From: a virus
Lineage: Duplodnaviria; Heunggongvirae; Uroviricota; Caudoviricetes
Virus record (IMG/VR): IMGVR_UViG_3300039329_000118
Strand: one strand, 5' to 3'
DNA: 8,369 nucleotides
Shown: in pieces, positions 1-6,580 of the stretch
Position numbering within the stretch: the stretch's first letter is position 1
How the letters are laid out: every line of letters starts with the position of its first letter
Translations under genes and position numbers: made by a program
The notes under the pieces: generated by a model
Databases searched by the model: none
What the model was told of the DNA's origin: nothing
The model's input: the letters and a program-made list of their open reading frames with translations, nothing else

Positions 1-164
1 TACAGAGAGACCAATTTCGCCGTGCGCTTTCGCGTTATGCCCTGACTTTTCAGGGACATATCCTTTCAGTAAGCTGTCAGTGCCGGATGCTCACCCGTGT
101 CCGGCGCACGCACTCCACCTGACCCGTGGAGAACTCCTTAATTACCAACCCTCAGGAGGGTGAA

Positions 165-443
165 ATGGATAAAAAGCAAATTGAGGCCCTGCAATCTATT
201 ATTGAAGAACAAGATGAAGCTATCAGGATTCTTTCATATCGCACTGATATGATACTAAATATGCTTTCTGCATTAACGGCTGCGCTTGGTGGTACAAAAA
301 CAAACGTATACCGCGAAGTTGTTATTCAACAGATAGATAAATTTGAAAAAACCATACCAGGTATTAATGCTCATCTTGCAGAACAAGAGAAAGACCATGC
401 TCTTATGGCAATTTCTTCAGTAGCTCTCCCGAAAGTTGAGTAG
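165..443 (+). CDS. hypothetical small protein, possible moron
   Basis: ORF-track frame 126..443. I prefer the ATG at 165 because AGGAGG (154-159) lies 5 nt upstream. AT-rich. Its 3' end overlaps the 3' end of the convergent minus-strand ORF 403..804 by about 40 nt, so one of the two may be a false call. No motif recognised. Confidence 0.4.
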   Translation: MDKKQIEALQSIIEEQDEAIRILSYRTDMILNMLSALTAALGGTKTNVYREVVIQQIDKFEKTIPGINAHLAEQEKDHALMAISSVALPKVE

Positions 444-804
444 TTTTAATTGTTGTTTTGAAATAATCACTGCTTTCACATTTGAGTGATTTCATGGCAA
501 TCCAAATGCGGGCCTCTGTGCCTGCATTTGGTTCCAGTTGCTGTAGACGTTTTGCGTCTTCCAAAAGTAAGGCGATAATGTGTTTCAGCTTCTCATCATT
601 TGCTTGATTCTTGTTTTCAGGCGAATTCTGTCCGCCGAATAGGCGCTTCTCTTCATACAGACCTATAAAGGCACGACGCACGTTACCGGATATAGTATCG
701 ATGGTTTCCTTTTCTACGGTACTCAGGTCAAGAGTCGCCAGTTGAGAGCGAACCACATTCGATGCCATTTCCTGGAATGGTACTGGTAAATCTTTAAATT
801 CCAT
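403..804 (-). CDS. hypothetical protein of the leftward early operon
   Basis: ORF-track 403..816. I prefer the internal ATG at 804 (MEFKDLPVPFQE...) because GAGG sits about 6 nt upstream on the minus strand, and it follows the TGA (818..816) of the upstream ORF by 12 nt, consistent with an operon. No motif recognised. Confidence 0.5.
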   Translation of the reverse strand: MEFKDLPVPFQEMASNVVRSQLATLDLSTVEKETIDTISGNVRRAFIGLYEEKRLFGGQNSPENKNQANDEKLKHIIALLLEDAKRLQQLEPNAGTEARIWIAMKSLKCESSDYFKTTIKTTQLSGELLKKLP

Positions 805-815
805 CGTCAACCTCA

Positions 816-1049
816 TCAGTCAGTGTTTCTGGTTAACCAGCGACGCGCGCCAGCTTCAGTTTTAAACGTTTTGCTTCTGGTATACGTCATCGCGGTGAAC
901 GTACCGTCCTGGTTGGGGAACACGCCACATACCAGAGATTCGCTGTTGCCAAGATCGATAGTATCCATGCTGACCTCATTTCCCCTTAACGCCGGGGTAG
1001 CGGAACAAAAACCTGCTGCATAGTTATTAAAGTTGAACCCTGCCGTCAT
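816..1049 (-). CDS. hypothetical early-left protein; 5' region abuts the assembly gap
   Basis: ORF-track 77-aa frame ending immediately before gene 403..804. The ATG at 1049 is only 6 nt from the N run at 1056..1086, so the true start and upstream context are not visible. No motif recognised. Confidence 0.4.
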   Translation of the reverse strand: MTAGFNFNNYAAGFCSATPALRGNEVSMDTIDLGNSESLVCGVFPNQDGTFTAMTYTRSKTFKTEAGARRWLTRNTD

Positions 1050-1055
1050 GTTCTT

Positions 1056-1086
1056 NNNNNNNNNNNNNNNNNNNNNNNNNNNNNNN
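1056..1086. other. run of 31 N: assembly gap or masked bases
   Basis: Directly visible in the sequence. True length is unknown; it interrupts the region between the candidate OL/PL and the first leftward gene. Confidence 0.95.
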
Positions 1087-1169
1087 ACTTAACCCCTGAC
1101 CACTGCCTGGTAACTCGAAGTATTGCCCTGCATTCTGTGGGGCGGGGTGGGTTGGTATGAAAAGAAGGA

Positions 1170-1206
1170 TACCCATAGGTATTTAAAAAGTAAATACCCA
1201 TGGGTA
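1170..1206. promoter_or_regulatory. OL-like operator pair (TACC-N4-GGTA palindromes) just 3' of the repressor gene
   Basis: TACCCATAGGTA (1170..1181) and the perfect 12-bp palindrome TACCCATGGGTA (1195..1206), 25 bp centre to centre, embedded in A/T-rich DNA. Same half-site architecture as the sites between the repressor and cro-like genes. Placement matches lambdoid OL/PL; the promoter hexamers were not resolved. Confidence 0.5.
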
Positions 1207-1247
1207 AATTTTGCGGTGTCTTAACTGGTGACTAGTTGTTTGGTGAG

Positions 1248-1667
1248 CTATGATGCGTTTTGTGCTTTCTTTTTACGGATTTCTTCGTAGATCATATTGT
1301 AATACTGTTTTTTCTCTTCAAGAGTTTTTAATAATTTATCCGCTTCACTTTCTGGCAGTTCGTCTAAGAGATCTAAAAAAATACGTTGTCGTGGCGTTAG
1401 AACCCTTGTTTCATAACTGGAGGCTGTGTTCGTTGATGATGAAACGATACCATCCATCCATCCCCGGGGTAACCCAAAGGACTCTTCGATAATCTCCACC
1501 ATATCATCAGCGATCCGTTTTTTTCCCTTTTTCCCCTCTGGGTACAACATTCTTGATACATAAGAAGGCTCGCGCCCGATCTTTCTGGCCACGTTAACCG
1601 CTTTACCATCGCATTTCTCATCACGAATTTTGATGAGTTGCTGTCGTCTAAATTCATATTTGTCCAT
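1248..1667 (-). CDS. prophage repressor, CI-like HTH protein without a recognisable S24 autoprotease domain
   Basis: 139-aa ORF divergent from a cro-like gene. N-terminal HTH-like segment (KAVNVARKIGREPSYVSRML). Too short for a LexA-like Ser/Lys peptidase domain and no such motif seen. Flanked by palindromic operators. No SD before the ATG at 1667, so it may be translated from a leaderless or short-leader transcript, as lambda cI is from PRM. Confidence 0.7.
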   Translation of the reverse strand: MDKYEFRRQQLIKIRDEKCDGKAVNVARKIGREPSYVSRMLYPEGKKGKKRIADDMVEIIEESFGLPRGWMDGIVSSSTNTASSYETRVLTPRQRIFLDLLDELPESEADKLLKTLEEKKQYYNMIYEEIRKKKAQNAS

Positions 1668-1687
1668 AGGTAAATAATAGATGCGAT

Positions 1688-1743
1688 TACCGCAAGGTAA
1701 ACAACCTGTGGGTATTGGCTTTTGTTTACCTGCGGGTATTCTT
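1688..1743. promoter_or_regulatory. OR-like tripartite operator with divergent repressor and cro promoters
   Basis: Three TACC-N4-GGTA-type sites: TACCGCAAGGTA (1688..1699), AACCTGTGGGTA (1703..1714, degenerate), TACCTGCGGGTA (1727..1738). Candidate rightward promoter -35 TTGGCT (1715..1720) and -10 TATTCT (1738..1743) overlapping the third site. AAGGAG SD at 1757..1762 precedes the cro-like ATG at 1768. Confidence 0.5.
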
Positions 1744-1767
1744 TGCTGTGTTTACTAAGGAGTAGCT

Positions 1768-2049
1768 ATGGAAGAATTAAGAATATTTCTCAATTCTCTT
1801 TCGTCAGATGAACAGCGTATGTTTGCATGCGAGTGTGGTACCAGCATCGGTTATCTAAGAAAGGCATTGAGTAAAGGTCAAGTGTTAGGGGCATCGTTAT
1901 GTGTCCTTATTGAGCGAGCCAGTAATGGTGAAGTTACACGTCAGCAACTAAGGCCTTTTGATTGGATGAATATTTGGCCCGAGCTGGAAGATACCAAAAC
2001 GTTAACACAACCACTTTCTAGGAGCTTGATTCATGAAAATCAAGCATGA
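1768..2049 (+). CDS. Cro-like HTH regulator, YdaS family
   Basis: 93-aa ORF with strong SD (AAGGAG, 5-nt spacer), divergent from the repressor. The segment ERASNGEVTRQQLRPFDW resembles the YdaS motif of Rac prophage as I recall it (family assignment from memory, not searched). Confidence 0.65.
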   Translation: MEELRIFLNSLSSDEQRMFACECGTSIGYLRKALSKGQVLGASLCVLIERASNGEVTRQQLRPFDWMNIWPELEDTKTLTQPLSRSLIHENQA

Positions 2050-2458
2050 ACACATCCGCATGGCGATGAATGCCTGGGCGCGTCCTGATGGCGAAAAAGT
2101 TCCAGCAGCTGGAATAACCCAGGCTTATTTTGAGTTGGGTATGACGTTCCCGGAACTGTATGACGACAGCCATCCGGAAGCCCTGGCTCGCAATACCCAG
2201 AAAATTTTCCGCTGGGTAGAGAAAGACACCCCTGATGCAGTTGAAAAAATTCAGGCGTTGTTACCAGCGATCGAAAAGGCAATGCCACCTTTGCTGGTGG
2301 CCAGAATGCGCAGCCACAGTTCAGCTTATTTTCGGGAGCTGGTGGAGACGCGGGAGCGACTGGTGAGAGACGCTGATGATTTTGTCGCAGTGGCAATCGC
2401 CGGTTTCAATCAGATGAACCGTGGTGGCCCGGCAGGAAATGCTGTGGCAGTACATTGA
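2033..2458 (+). CDS. YdaT-like protein (CII-analogous regulator, formerly annotated as a toxin)
   Basis: 141-aa ORF overlapping the cro-like gene by 17 nt. The N-terminus MKIKHEHI matches my recollection of Rac YdaT. Position (cro, then this gene, then replication gene) matches the Rac ydaS-ydaT-ydaU order. Confidence 0.55.
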   Translation: MKIKHEHIRMAMNAWARPDGEKVPAAGITQAYFELGMTFPELYDDSHPEALARNTQKIFRWVEKDTPDAVEKIQALLPAIEKAMPPLLVARMRSHSSAYFRELVETRERLVRDADDFVAVAIAGFNQMNRGGPAGNAVAVH

Positions 2459-2529
2459 CTGACAATAGCCATATCGAATCGCTTCCGGCAACTCGTGAGT
2501 AAAAAGATTCGGTATCAGAAGAGGTGAGT

Positions 2530-3600
2530 ATGGCTAACGCCTGGCTCAGATTATGGCATGACATGCCAAATGACCCTAAGTGGCGAACAATTGCCAGGGT
2601 GTCAGGGCAGCCAATTGCAACAGTGATGGCAGTGTATATCCACCTCCTGGTGAGTGCGTCACGAAATGTCACGCGAGGTCACATTGATGTCACGACAGAA
2701 GATTTGGCAAGTGCGCTCGACGTGACAGAAGAGGTAATTGATTCAATTTTGCAGACGATGCAGGGGCGGGTACTTGATGGTGATTTAATCACTGGATGGG
2801 AAAAACGCCAGGTGCTTAAAGAGGACAACGGCAATATTTCGCAAACCGCAAAATCTCCTGCAGAGCGCAAGAGGGCGCAGCGAGAGAGGGAAAGAAAGCG
2901 GGAACAAAATGGCGATTGTCACGGCGCGTCACGAAATGTCACGCACATGTCACGACGAGTCACGACAGATAAAGATACAGATAAAGATACAGATCAAGAA
3001 GATCAAAACACTATGGTCCATGGCGTAAAAAACGCCACGAACCAGGCAGGGGATGTTCAGACCGTCAATCCTGGTCAGCCAGCAGGCACGACACCGGAAG
3101 CCGATTCAGCGTATGCGCTGAAAGCCGATTCGGGCGCTGTGCAGCAGGTGATGACCCCAAGGCCGGAGCAATCACACCAACTGCAGCAGCCTGAAGCCGA
3201 TTCCGCCATTCAGCGGAAAGCCGATCGGGTAGTCCCGGAAAACACCGGGCTGTCTGTGGGACGAGTGGATTATCCGGATGCGTTCGAACAGGTCTGGCGG
3301 GAGTACCCGTTGCGTGCCGGAGCAAACCCGAAGAAATCCGCTTTCAGTGCCTGGAAGGCCAGATTACGCGAGGGGGTGCCACCAGAGGCCATGCTGGATG
3401 GCGTGAGGCGTTACGCAAGATACTTGGCGGCTACCGGGAAAACGGGAACGGAATTTGTTCAGCGAGCGACGACGTTTTTTGGACCGGACCGGAATTTTGA
3501 GAACCCCTGGTTGCTCCCGGTAAGCGGCACGAACAACCAGCGTTGTGTGAATCATATTTCTGAACCGGATAACGAAATTCCGCCGGGCTTCAGGGGGTAA
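2530..3600 (+). CDS. phage replication initiation protein (O-like / replisome organiser) with internal origin repeats
   Basis: ORF-track 2524..3600 (GTG start). I prefer the ATG at 2530 with AGAGG 6 nt upstream. Sits in the replication-module position after cro/YdaT-like genes. Contains two iteron clusters and an AT-rich tandem repeat within the coding sequence, giving repeated peptide motifs (SRNVT...VTT twice, DKDTDKDTD). The C-terminal ~120 aa is a distinct region of unknown fold. Confidence 0.65.
   Translation: MANAWLRLWHDMPNDPKWRTIARVSGQPIATVMAVYIHLLVSASRNVTRGHIDVTTEDLASALDVTEEVIDSILQTMQGRVLDGDLITGWEKRQVLKEDNGNISQTAKSPAERKRAQRERERKREQNGDCHGASRNVTHMSRRVTTDKDTDKDTDQEDQNTMVHGVKNATNQAGDVQTVNPGQPAGTTPEADSAYALKADSGAVQQVMTPRPEQSHQLQQPEADSAIQRKADRVVPENTGLSVGRVDYPDAFEQVWREYPLRAGANPKKSAFSAWKARLREGVPPEAMLDGVRRYARYLAATGKTGTEFVQRATTFFGPDRNFENPWLLPVSGTNNQRCVNHISEPDNEIPPGFRG
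2656..2694. repeat. iteron cluster A: four GTCAC(G/A) repeats at 10-11 bp phasing
   Basis: GTCACG at 2658, 2668, 2689 and GTCACA at 2678 (start positions). The 19-mer GCGTCACGAAATGTCACGC (2656..2674) recurs exactly at 2926..2944. Confidence 0.55.
2918..3010. repeat. iteron cluster B (five GTCACG repeats) plus adjacent AT-rich tandem repeat: candidate origin of replication
   Basis: GTCACG starting at 2918, 2928, 2938, 2949, 2959 (10-11 bp phasing), followed by two perfect tandem copies of GATAAAGATACA (2968..2979, 2980..2991) and a degenerate third. This mirrors the iterons-plus-AT-rich layout of lambda ori inside gene O. Confidence 0.55.
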
Positions 3601-3640
3601 GTGTTAATTTCTGGTCATGAGGTAATTTTCAGGAGGGCTT

Positions 3641-4063
3641 GTGGCAAAAGTTTTTACACAAGAAGAGCGGGAAAAAATTAAAGGACAGGTTGTTGAACTC
3701 GTACGCCAGAGTGGGCGTGAGACGTTACGGCAACTGGAAGTCAAGACAGGTGCGACAAGATATCTGATGAGCGTTCTCGCAAGAGAGCTGGTTGCCAGCG
3801 GCGATGTATACAACTCTGGTTACGGGTTATTCCCGTCTGAACAGGCGCGTAAGGACTGGCAAAATGCCCGTAAAAAGCTCTCAAGGGCAAAGCTGAAGAA
3901 ACCATCTGCGGTTGATCCGGACCTTATCTGGCCATTACCTGACGGAGAAATACGTCGCTACGACAGGCGTCAGAACATAATCTGTCGCGAGTGCCGGAAG
4001 AGTGAAGTTATGCAGCGCATATTGTCGTTTTATCAGGGTGATGTTCGGTATTTATTGAAGTGA
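3641..4063 (+). CDS. hypothetical protein downstream of the replication gene
   Basis: 140-aa ORF with GTG start and AGGAGG SD (3631..3636), 40 nt after the replication gene stop. Contains one CxxC (CRECRK) near the C-terminus. Far too small to be a DnaC/P-like helicase loader. Function unknown. Confidence 0.5.
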   Translation: MAKVFTQEEREKIKGQVVELVRQSGRETLRQLEVKTGATRYLMSVLARELVASGDVYNSGYGLFPSEQARKDWQNARKKLSRAKLKKPSAVDPDLIWPLPDGEIRRYDRRQNIICRECRKSEVMQRILSFYQGDVRYLLK

Positions 4064-4130
4064 CGAGATTAAAGTGCATTAGTTCAGATGCAAATTGACA
4101 TTTTGTGGCACAGGGTAGAGCTAGCGTGGT

Positions 4131-4156
4131 TGTCCGCTTTGTGCCAACAGCGGACA
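4131..4156. terminator. GC-rich hairpin between convergent genes (possible bidirectional terminator or insulator)
   Basis: Stem GTCCGCT (4132..4138) pairs with AGCGGAC (4149..4155) around a 10-nt loop. Lies between the stop of 3641..4063 (+) and the stop of 4210..5019 (-). No flanking T-run on either strand, so not a canonical intrinsic terminator. Confidence 0.3.
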
Positions 4157-4209
4157 TTATAGATGGTATATGTAGAAAGTGAACATGCGTAGATTGTATG
4201 ATTTAGCCG

Positions 4210-5019
4210 TCACTTAATTATTGGATAACTCACACAAGTATGACCGTTGCTTATCGCATACATTTGGTTTCCCTTAAGATTTACAAATGGAAATGTCGTA
4301 TACTCATAATTTATAGAGGTCATATTAAATGTAAGGAATTTATCCTCAAGTTCTAATTTTGTAGAGTGGGCAGGGTATGTTCCTTCATTTTTCATTGTGA
4401 TAATAAAACCGATAGGAAAAAAATGTAAAGCACAAATAAATGCCACATGTCCTTCGTTCATAAATGCTACACTTTGAGCGGATATGTGCATTCTGTGTGG
4501 GTAAAACCAGTAGTAAATATCATGAGTTTCCTCAAAACTTGAATTTTTACCCAAAACATAATCCTTTAAAGGTGTATAGAAGGGGCTATCTACGGGTTCT
4601 TTTTTACAATCTTCAACTGAAGTTGCTGATAGCACGTGCCCAATCATAGCCTTAGTGAAAGATATGCTATCAAAAGGTATTCTAATGAATGGATATACAT
4701 TCATACCATTCATATATCGACTTAACTGTTCTTTAAAGGACTTTGTTACATTTTCAATTGCAACATCGAGCCCACCTAATACCTTATTGTTACAGTGGCT
4801 GCAAATGGTTCTGAAATAAGAGCCATTTTTAGCATTTAATGGTTTAACTGGTTCCTGAATACCAAAAAATTCGCTAACTGTTTTCTGCAAAACAGGGCCT
4901 AAGGTTATGGCGCACTTTGGAGGAACATGATCTTTTGTGAGCAAGCCATATTTCCCACAAATATTGCAATAACCTTCAGTAATGCCATTGTGCTTCCATC
5001 GTTCACTAATTTTCGTCAT
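4210..5019 (-). CDS. HNH (His-Me finger) nuclease-motif protein with an uncharacterised C-terminal domain
   Basis: 269-aa ORF in markedly AT-rich DNA, opposite in orientation to the flanking phage genes. N-terminal motif C-N-I-C-G-(x7)-D-H-V-P-P-K ... N ... C-S-H-C-N-N-K fits the HNH pattern (CxxC, [D/E]H, N, CxxC). SD-like GAGGGA about 6 nt upstream of the ATG on the minus strand. About 180 C-terminal residues unrecognised. Confidence 0.75.
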   Translation of the reverse strand: MTKISERWKHNGITEGYCNICGKYGLLTKDHVPPKCAITLGPVLQKTVSEFFGIQEPVKPLNAKNGSYFRTICSHCNNKVLGGLDVAIENVTKSFKEQLSRYMNGMNVYPFIRIPFDSISFTKAMIGHVLSATSVEDCKKEPVDSPFYTPLKDYVLGKNSSFEETHDIYYWFYPHRMHISAQSVAFMNEGHVAFICALHFFPIGFIITMKNEGTYPAHSTKLELEDKFLTFNMTSINYEYTTFPFVNLKGNQMYAISNGHTCVSYPIIK

Positions 5020-5139
5020 TTTTATTCCCTCAGTAGCATAAGCTATCTATACGTTTTTTAATCCTATCAAAGATACAACTTAACGTCAGGAAAATGATAG
5101 TGTTTATCTAAGTAATACAATTAACTTCAACGCGTGACA

Positions 5140-5163
5140 GTCTGCTTTTCGCTCAAAGCGGAC
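5140..5163. other. GC-rich hairpin upstream of the HNH gene, related to the hairpin at 4132..4155
   Basis: GTCTGCTTTTCGCTCAAAGCGGAC; its reverse complement matches 4132..4155 at 20 of 24 positions, and 18 of 24 in direct orientation because both are near-palindromic. Together they bracket the HNH gene. Confidence 0.35.
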
Positions 5164-5643
5164 TAGAAGGTTAGCTTGCGTCGGACTTGGCGTATTTAAA
5201 GAAGTGCTGGTGGTGACTGGTTGTTGTGTTCCATTTCTACAGAACAAAATCACAGAAACTATACCCAATAGTTGTATCTCATCAATGATGAGACAGCCTC
5301 ATATTTATCAGAACTGGTGTACGTCCAATACAGGAGGTTGTCGTGCTGGTTCTCAAATGTGCGCTGGCTATTGCTGCTGTAATGGCAATTTATTGCCTTG
5401 CTGTTGTTCTTATGGATCGCCTTTCTGATTGATTTTATATTGGCGAGGTGACGTGAGTTAAGTAGAATTGCTGCGGGTGCTTGAGGCTATCTGTCTCAGG
5501 CATGAACACCAAAGGCAGATAGAGAAAAGCCCCAGTTAACATTACGCGTCCTGCAAGACGCTTAACATTAATCTGAGGCTCAATCTATGAACGGCAAATC
5601 TAGGTTAGCCTCTTACGTGCCGAAAGGCAAGGAGAAGCAGGCT

Positions 5644-5799
5644 ATGAAGCAGCAAAAGGCGATGTTAATCGCCCTGATCGTCATCTGTTTAACCGTCATT
5701 GTGACGGCACTGGTAACGAGGAAAGACCTCTGCGAGGTACGAATCCGAACCGGCCAGACGGAGGTCGCTGTCTTCACAGCTTACGAACCTGAGGAGTAA
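5644..5799 (+). CDS. hokD: Hok/Gef family type I toxin (HokD/RelF-like small membrane peptide)
   Basis: Translation MKQQKAMLIALIVICLTVIVTALVTRKDLCEVRIRTGQTEVAVFTAYEPEE (51 aa) has the Hok/Gef layout: hydrophobic transmembrane segment then conserved C-terminal tail. It matches my recollection of E. coli HokD/RelF closely; the symbol is from memory. SD AAGGAG at 5629..5634. The ORF track's 70-aa frame (from ATG 5587) is an in-frame upstream extension. Confidence 0.85.
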   Translation: MKQQKAMLIALIVICLTVIVTALVTRKDLCEVRIRTGQTEVAVFTAYEPEE

Positions 5800-5868
5800 G
5801 AGACCTGGCGGGGGAGAAATCCCTCGCCACCTCTGATGAGTCAGGCATCCTCAATGCACCCGCGCTTA

Positions 5869-5888
5869 ACCCGCTTCGGCGGGTTTTT
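5869..5888 (+). terminator. rho-independent terminator of the hok transcript
   Basis: Stem ACCCGC (5869..5874), UUCG tetraloop (5875..5878), stem GCGGGT (5879..5884), followed by T-run to 5888. About 70 nt after the hok stop. Confidence 0.75.
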
Positions 5889-5903
5889 CTAGCATCTATC
5901 TGG

Positions 5904-5963
5904 TTGACAAAGTCTATGTTAAATGGAAATATGGTTGACACCAAAACAACAAGGATATTACGG
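5904..5963 (+). promoter_or_regulatory. candidate promoter region for the two-gene operon
   Basis: Two TTGACA hexamers (5904..5909 and 5935..5940) in the 77-bp gap between the hok terminator and the ATG at 5966. Possible -10 elements are AAATAT (5927..5932) for the first, or TATTAC (5956..5961) for the second, which would give a near-leaderless mRNA. Weak; start site not resolvable by eye. Confidence 0.3.
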
Positions 5964-5965
5964 TC

Positions 5966-6580
5966 ATGCAGAATTTATCTCAACAGTTGTTAGAAGCATA
6001 TGACAAGGAGTGCCGCAAAGAGCTTTCGATCGCGTTAGCACAGGCTTATCTTCATTCGCATATGAAGGCAAAAGAGTTTGGTTCTTTTTGGGCTCAAGCA
6101 CAGTCATATTTGCGCTGGTTTTATGCCGATGCATTGCTTGAGAATGCGGCTAAGCGTGTGGGGCTGGATTTTGAAGTCGGTAGCAATGCTGCTAAAAATT
6201 GTAAACACATTGCGATTCACTCGAACAACTGGAAAATGACGGCACATCATTTATCGGGTAATGCGCCACTTCCTAAGCAGGCATTGTATAGAGCTGTTTA
6301 CGCTAATCAAAATTATGAATTGAATTTTGGGGATGAAAATGCCGACTCCCTGGATGGGAGAGCGTCTGGTGGACATGTTTATATGTTACATGATGGCAGT
6401 AATCAGCACTTGTCCAAACTGAATTTAACTGTTCCTTCTTCGGATAATTACGGGATTCTTTATACTGAGTCTTTACCAATTATGACGATGGTAGAAGTTG
6501 AAGCAGAAAATGTGGATTCTGAGATTGAAGATAAAATCAAGATTCTTACCGAACAAATAATTAAATCACAGCAATCATGA
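5966..6580 (+). CDS. hypothetical protein, first gene of the two-gene operon (candidate effector/toxin partner of the HTH-peptidase)
   Basis: 204-aa ORF, AT-rich. Stop overlaps the next gene's start (ATGA at 6577..6580), implying translational coupling. No motif I can recognise; acidic C-terminal tail. Confidence 0.7.
   Translation: MQNLSQQLLEAYDKECRKELSIALAQAYLHSHMKAKEFGSFWAQAQSYLRWFYADALLENAAKRVGLDFEVGSNAAKNCKHIAIHSNNWKMTAHHLSGNAPLPKQALYRAVYANQNYELNFGDENADSLDGRASGGHVYMLHDGSNQHLSKLNLTVPSSDNYGILYTESLPIMTMVEVEAENVDSEIEDKIKILTEQIIKSQQS

Noticed and set aside
40-55. Short hairpin CCCTGA-CTTT-TCAGGG near the left edge
   Set aside because: No flanking T-run on either strand and no gene context visible in the window; cannot be called a terminator.
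823-1023. 66-aa plus-strand ORF
   Set aside because: Lies entirely antisense within the better-supported minus-strand ORF 816..1049 and has no SD; likely a shadow frame.
1250-1657. Two overlapping ORFs (1250..1492 plus strand, 1397..1657 minus strand) inside the repressor gene
   Set aside because: Alternative frames of the repressor coding region. The 1248..1667 frame has the HTH-like segment and the operator and divergent-promoter context.
2040-3813. Series of minus-strand ORFs (2040..2396, 2406..2672, 2679..2870, 3065..3325, 3364..3555, 3604..3813)
   Set aside because: All lie antisense to the longer, contiguous plus-strand genes of the cro/YdaT/replication operon. Their translations are P/R/S/C-rich and low-complexity, typical of antisense shadows in higher-GC DNA.
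4464-4649. 61-aa plus-strand ORF
   Set aside because: Embedded antisense within the HNH gene; no SD; AT-rich DNA readily yields short spurious frames.
5204-5428. 74-aa cysteine-rich ORF (GTG start)
   Set aside because: No SD, extreme low-complexity Cys/Gly composition, and it lies in the region expected to hold the hok leader and promoter. Most likely non-coding, though a small Cys-rich peptide cannot be formally excluded without conservation data.
5587-5643. In-frame 19-codon upstream extension of hok (ORF-track 70-aa frame)
   Set aside because: Characterised Hok toxins are about 50 aa and start at the MKQ(Q/H)K methionine. The upstream ATG has an SD and might act as a mok-like coupling start, but I cannot confirm that and did not annotate it as the toxin start.
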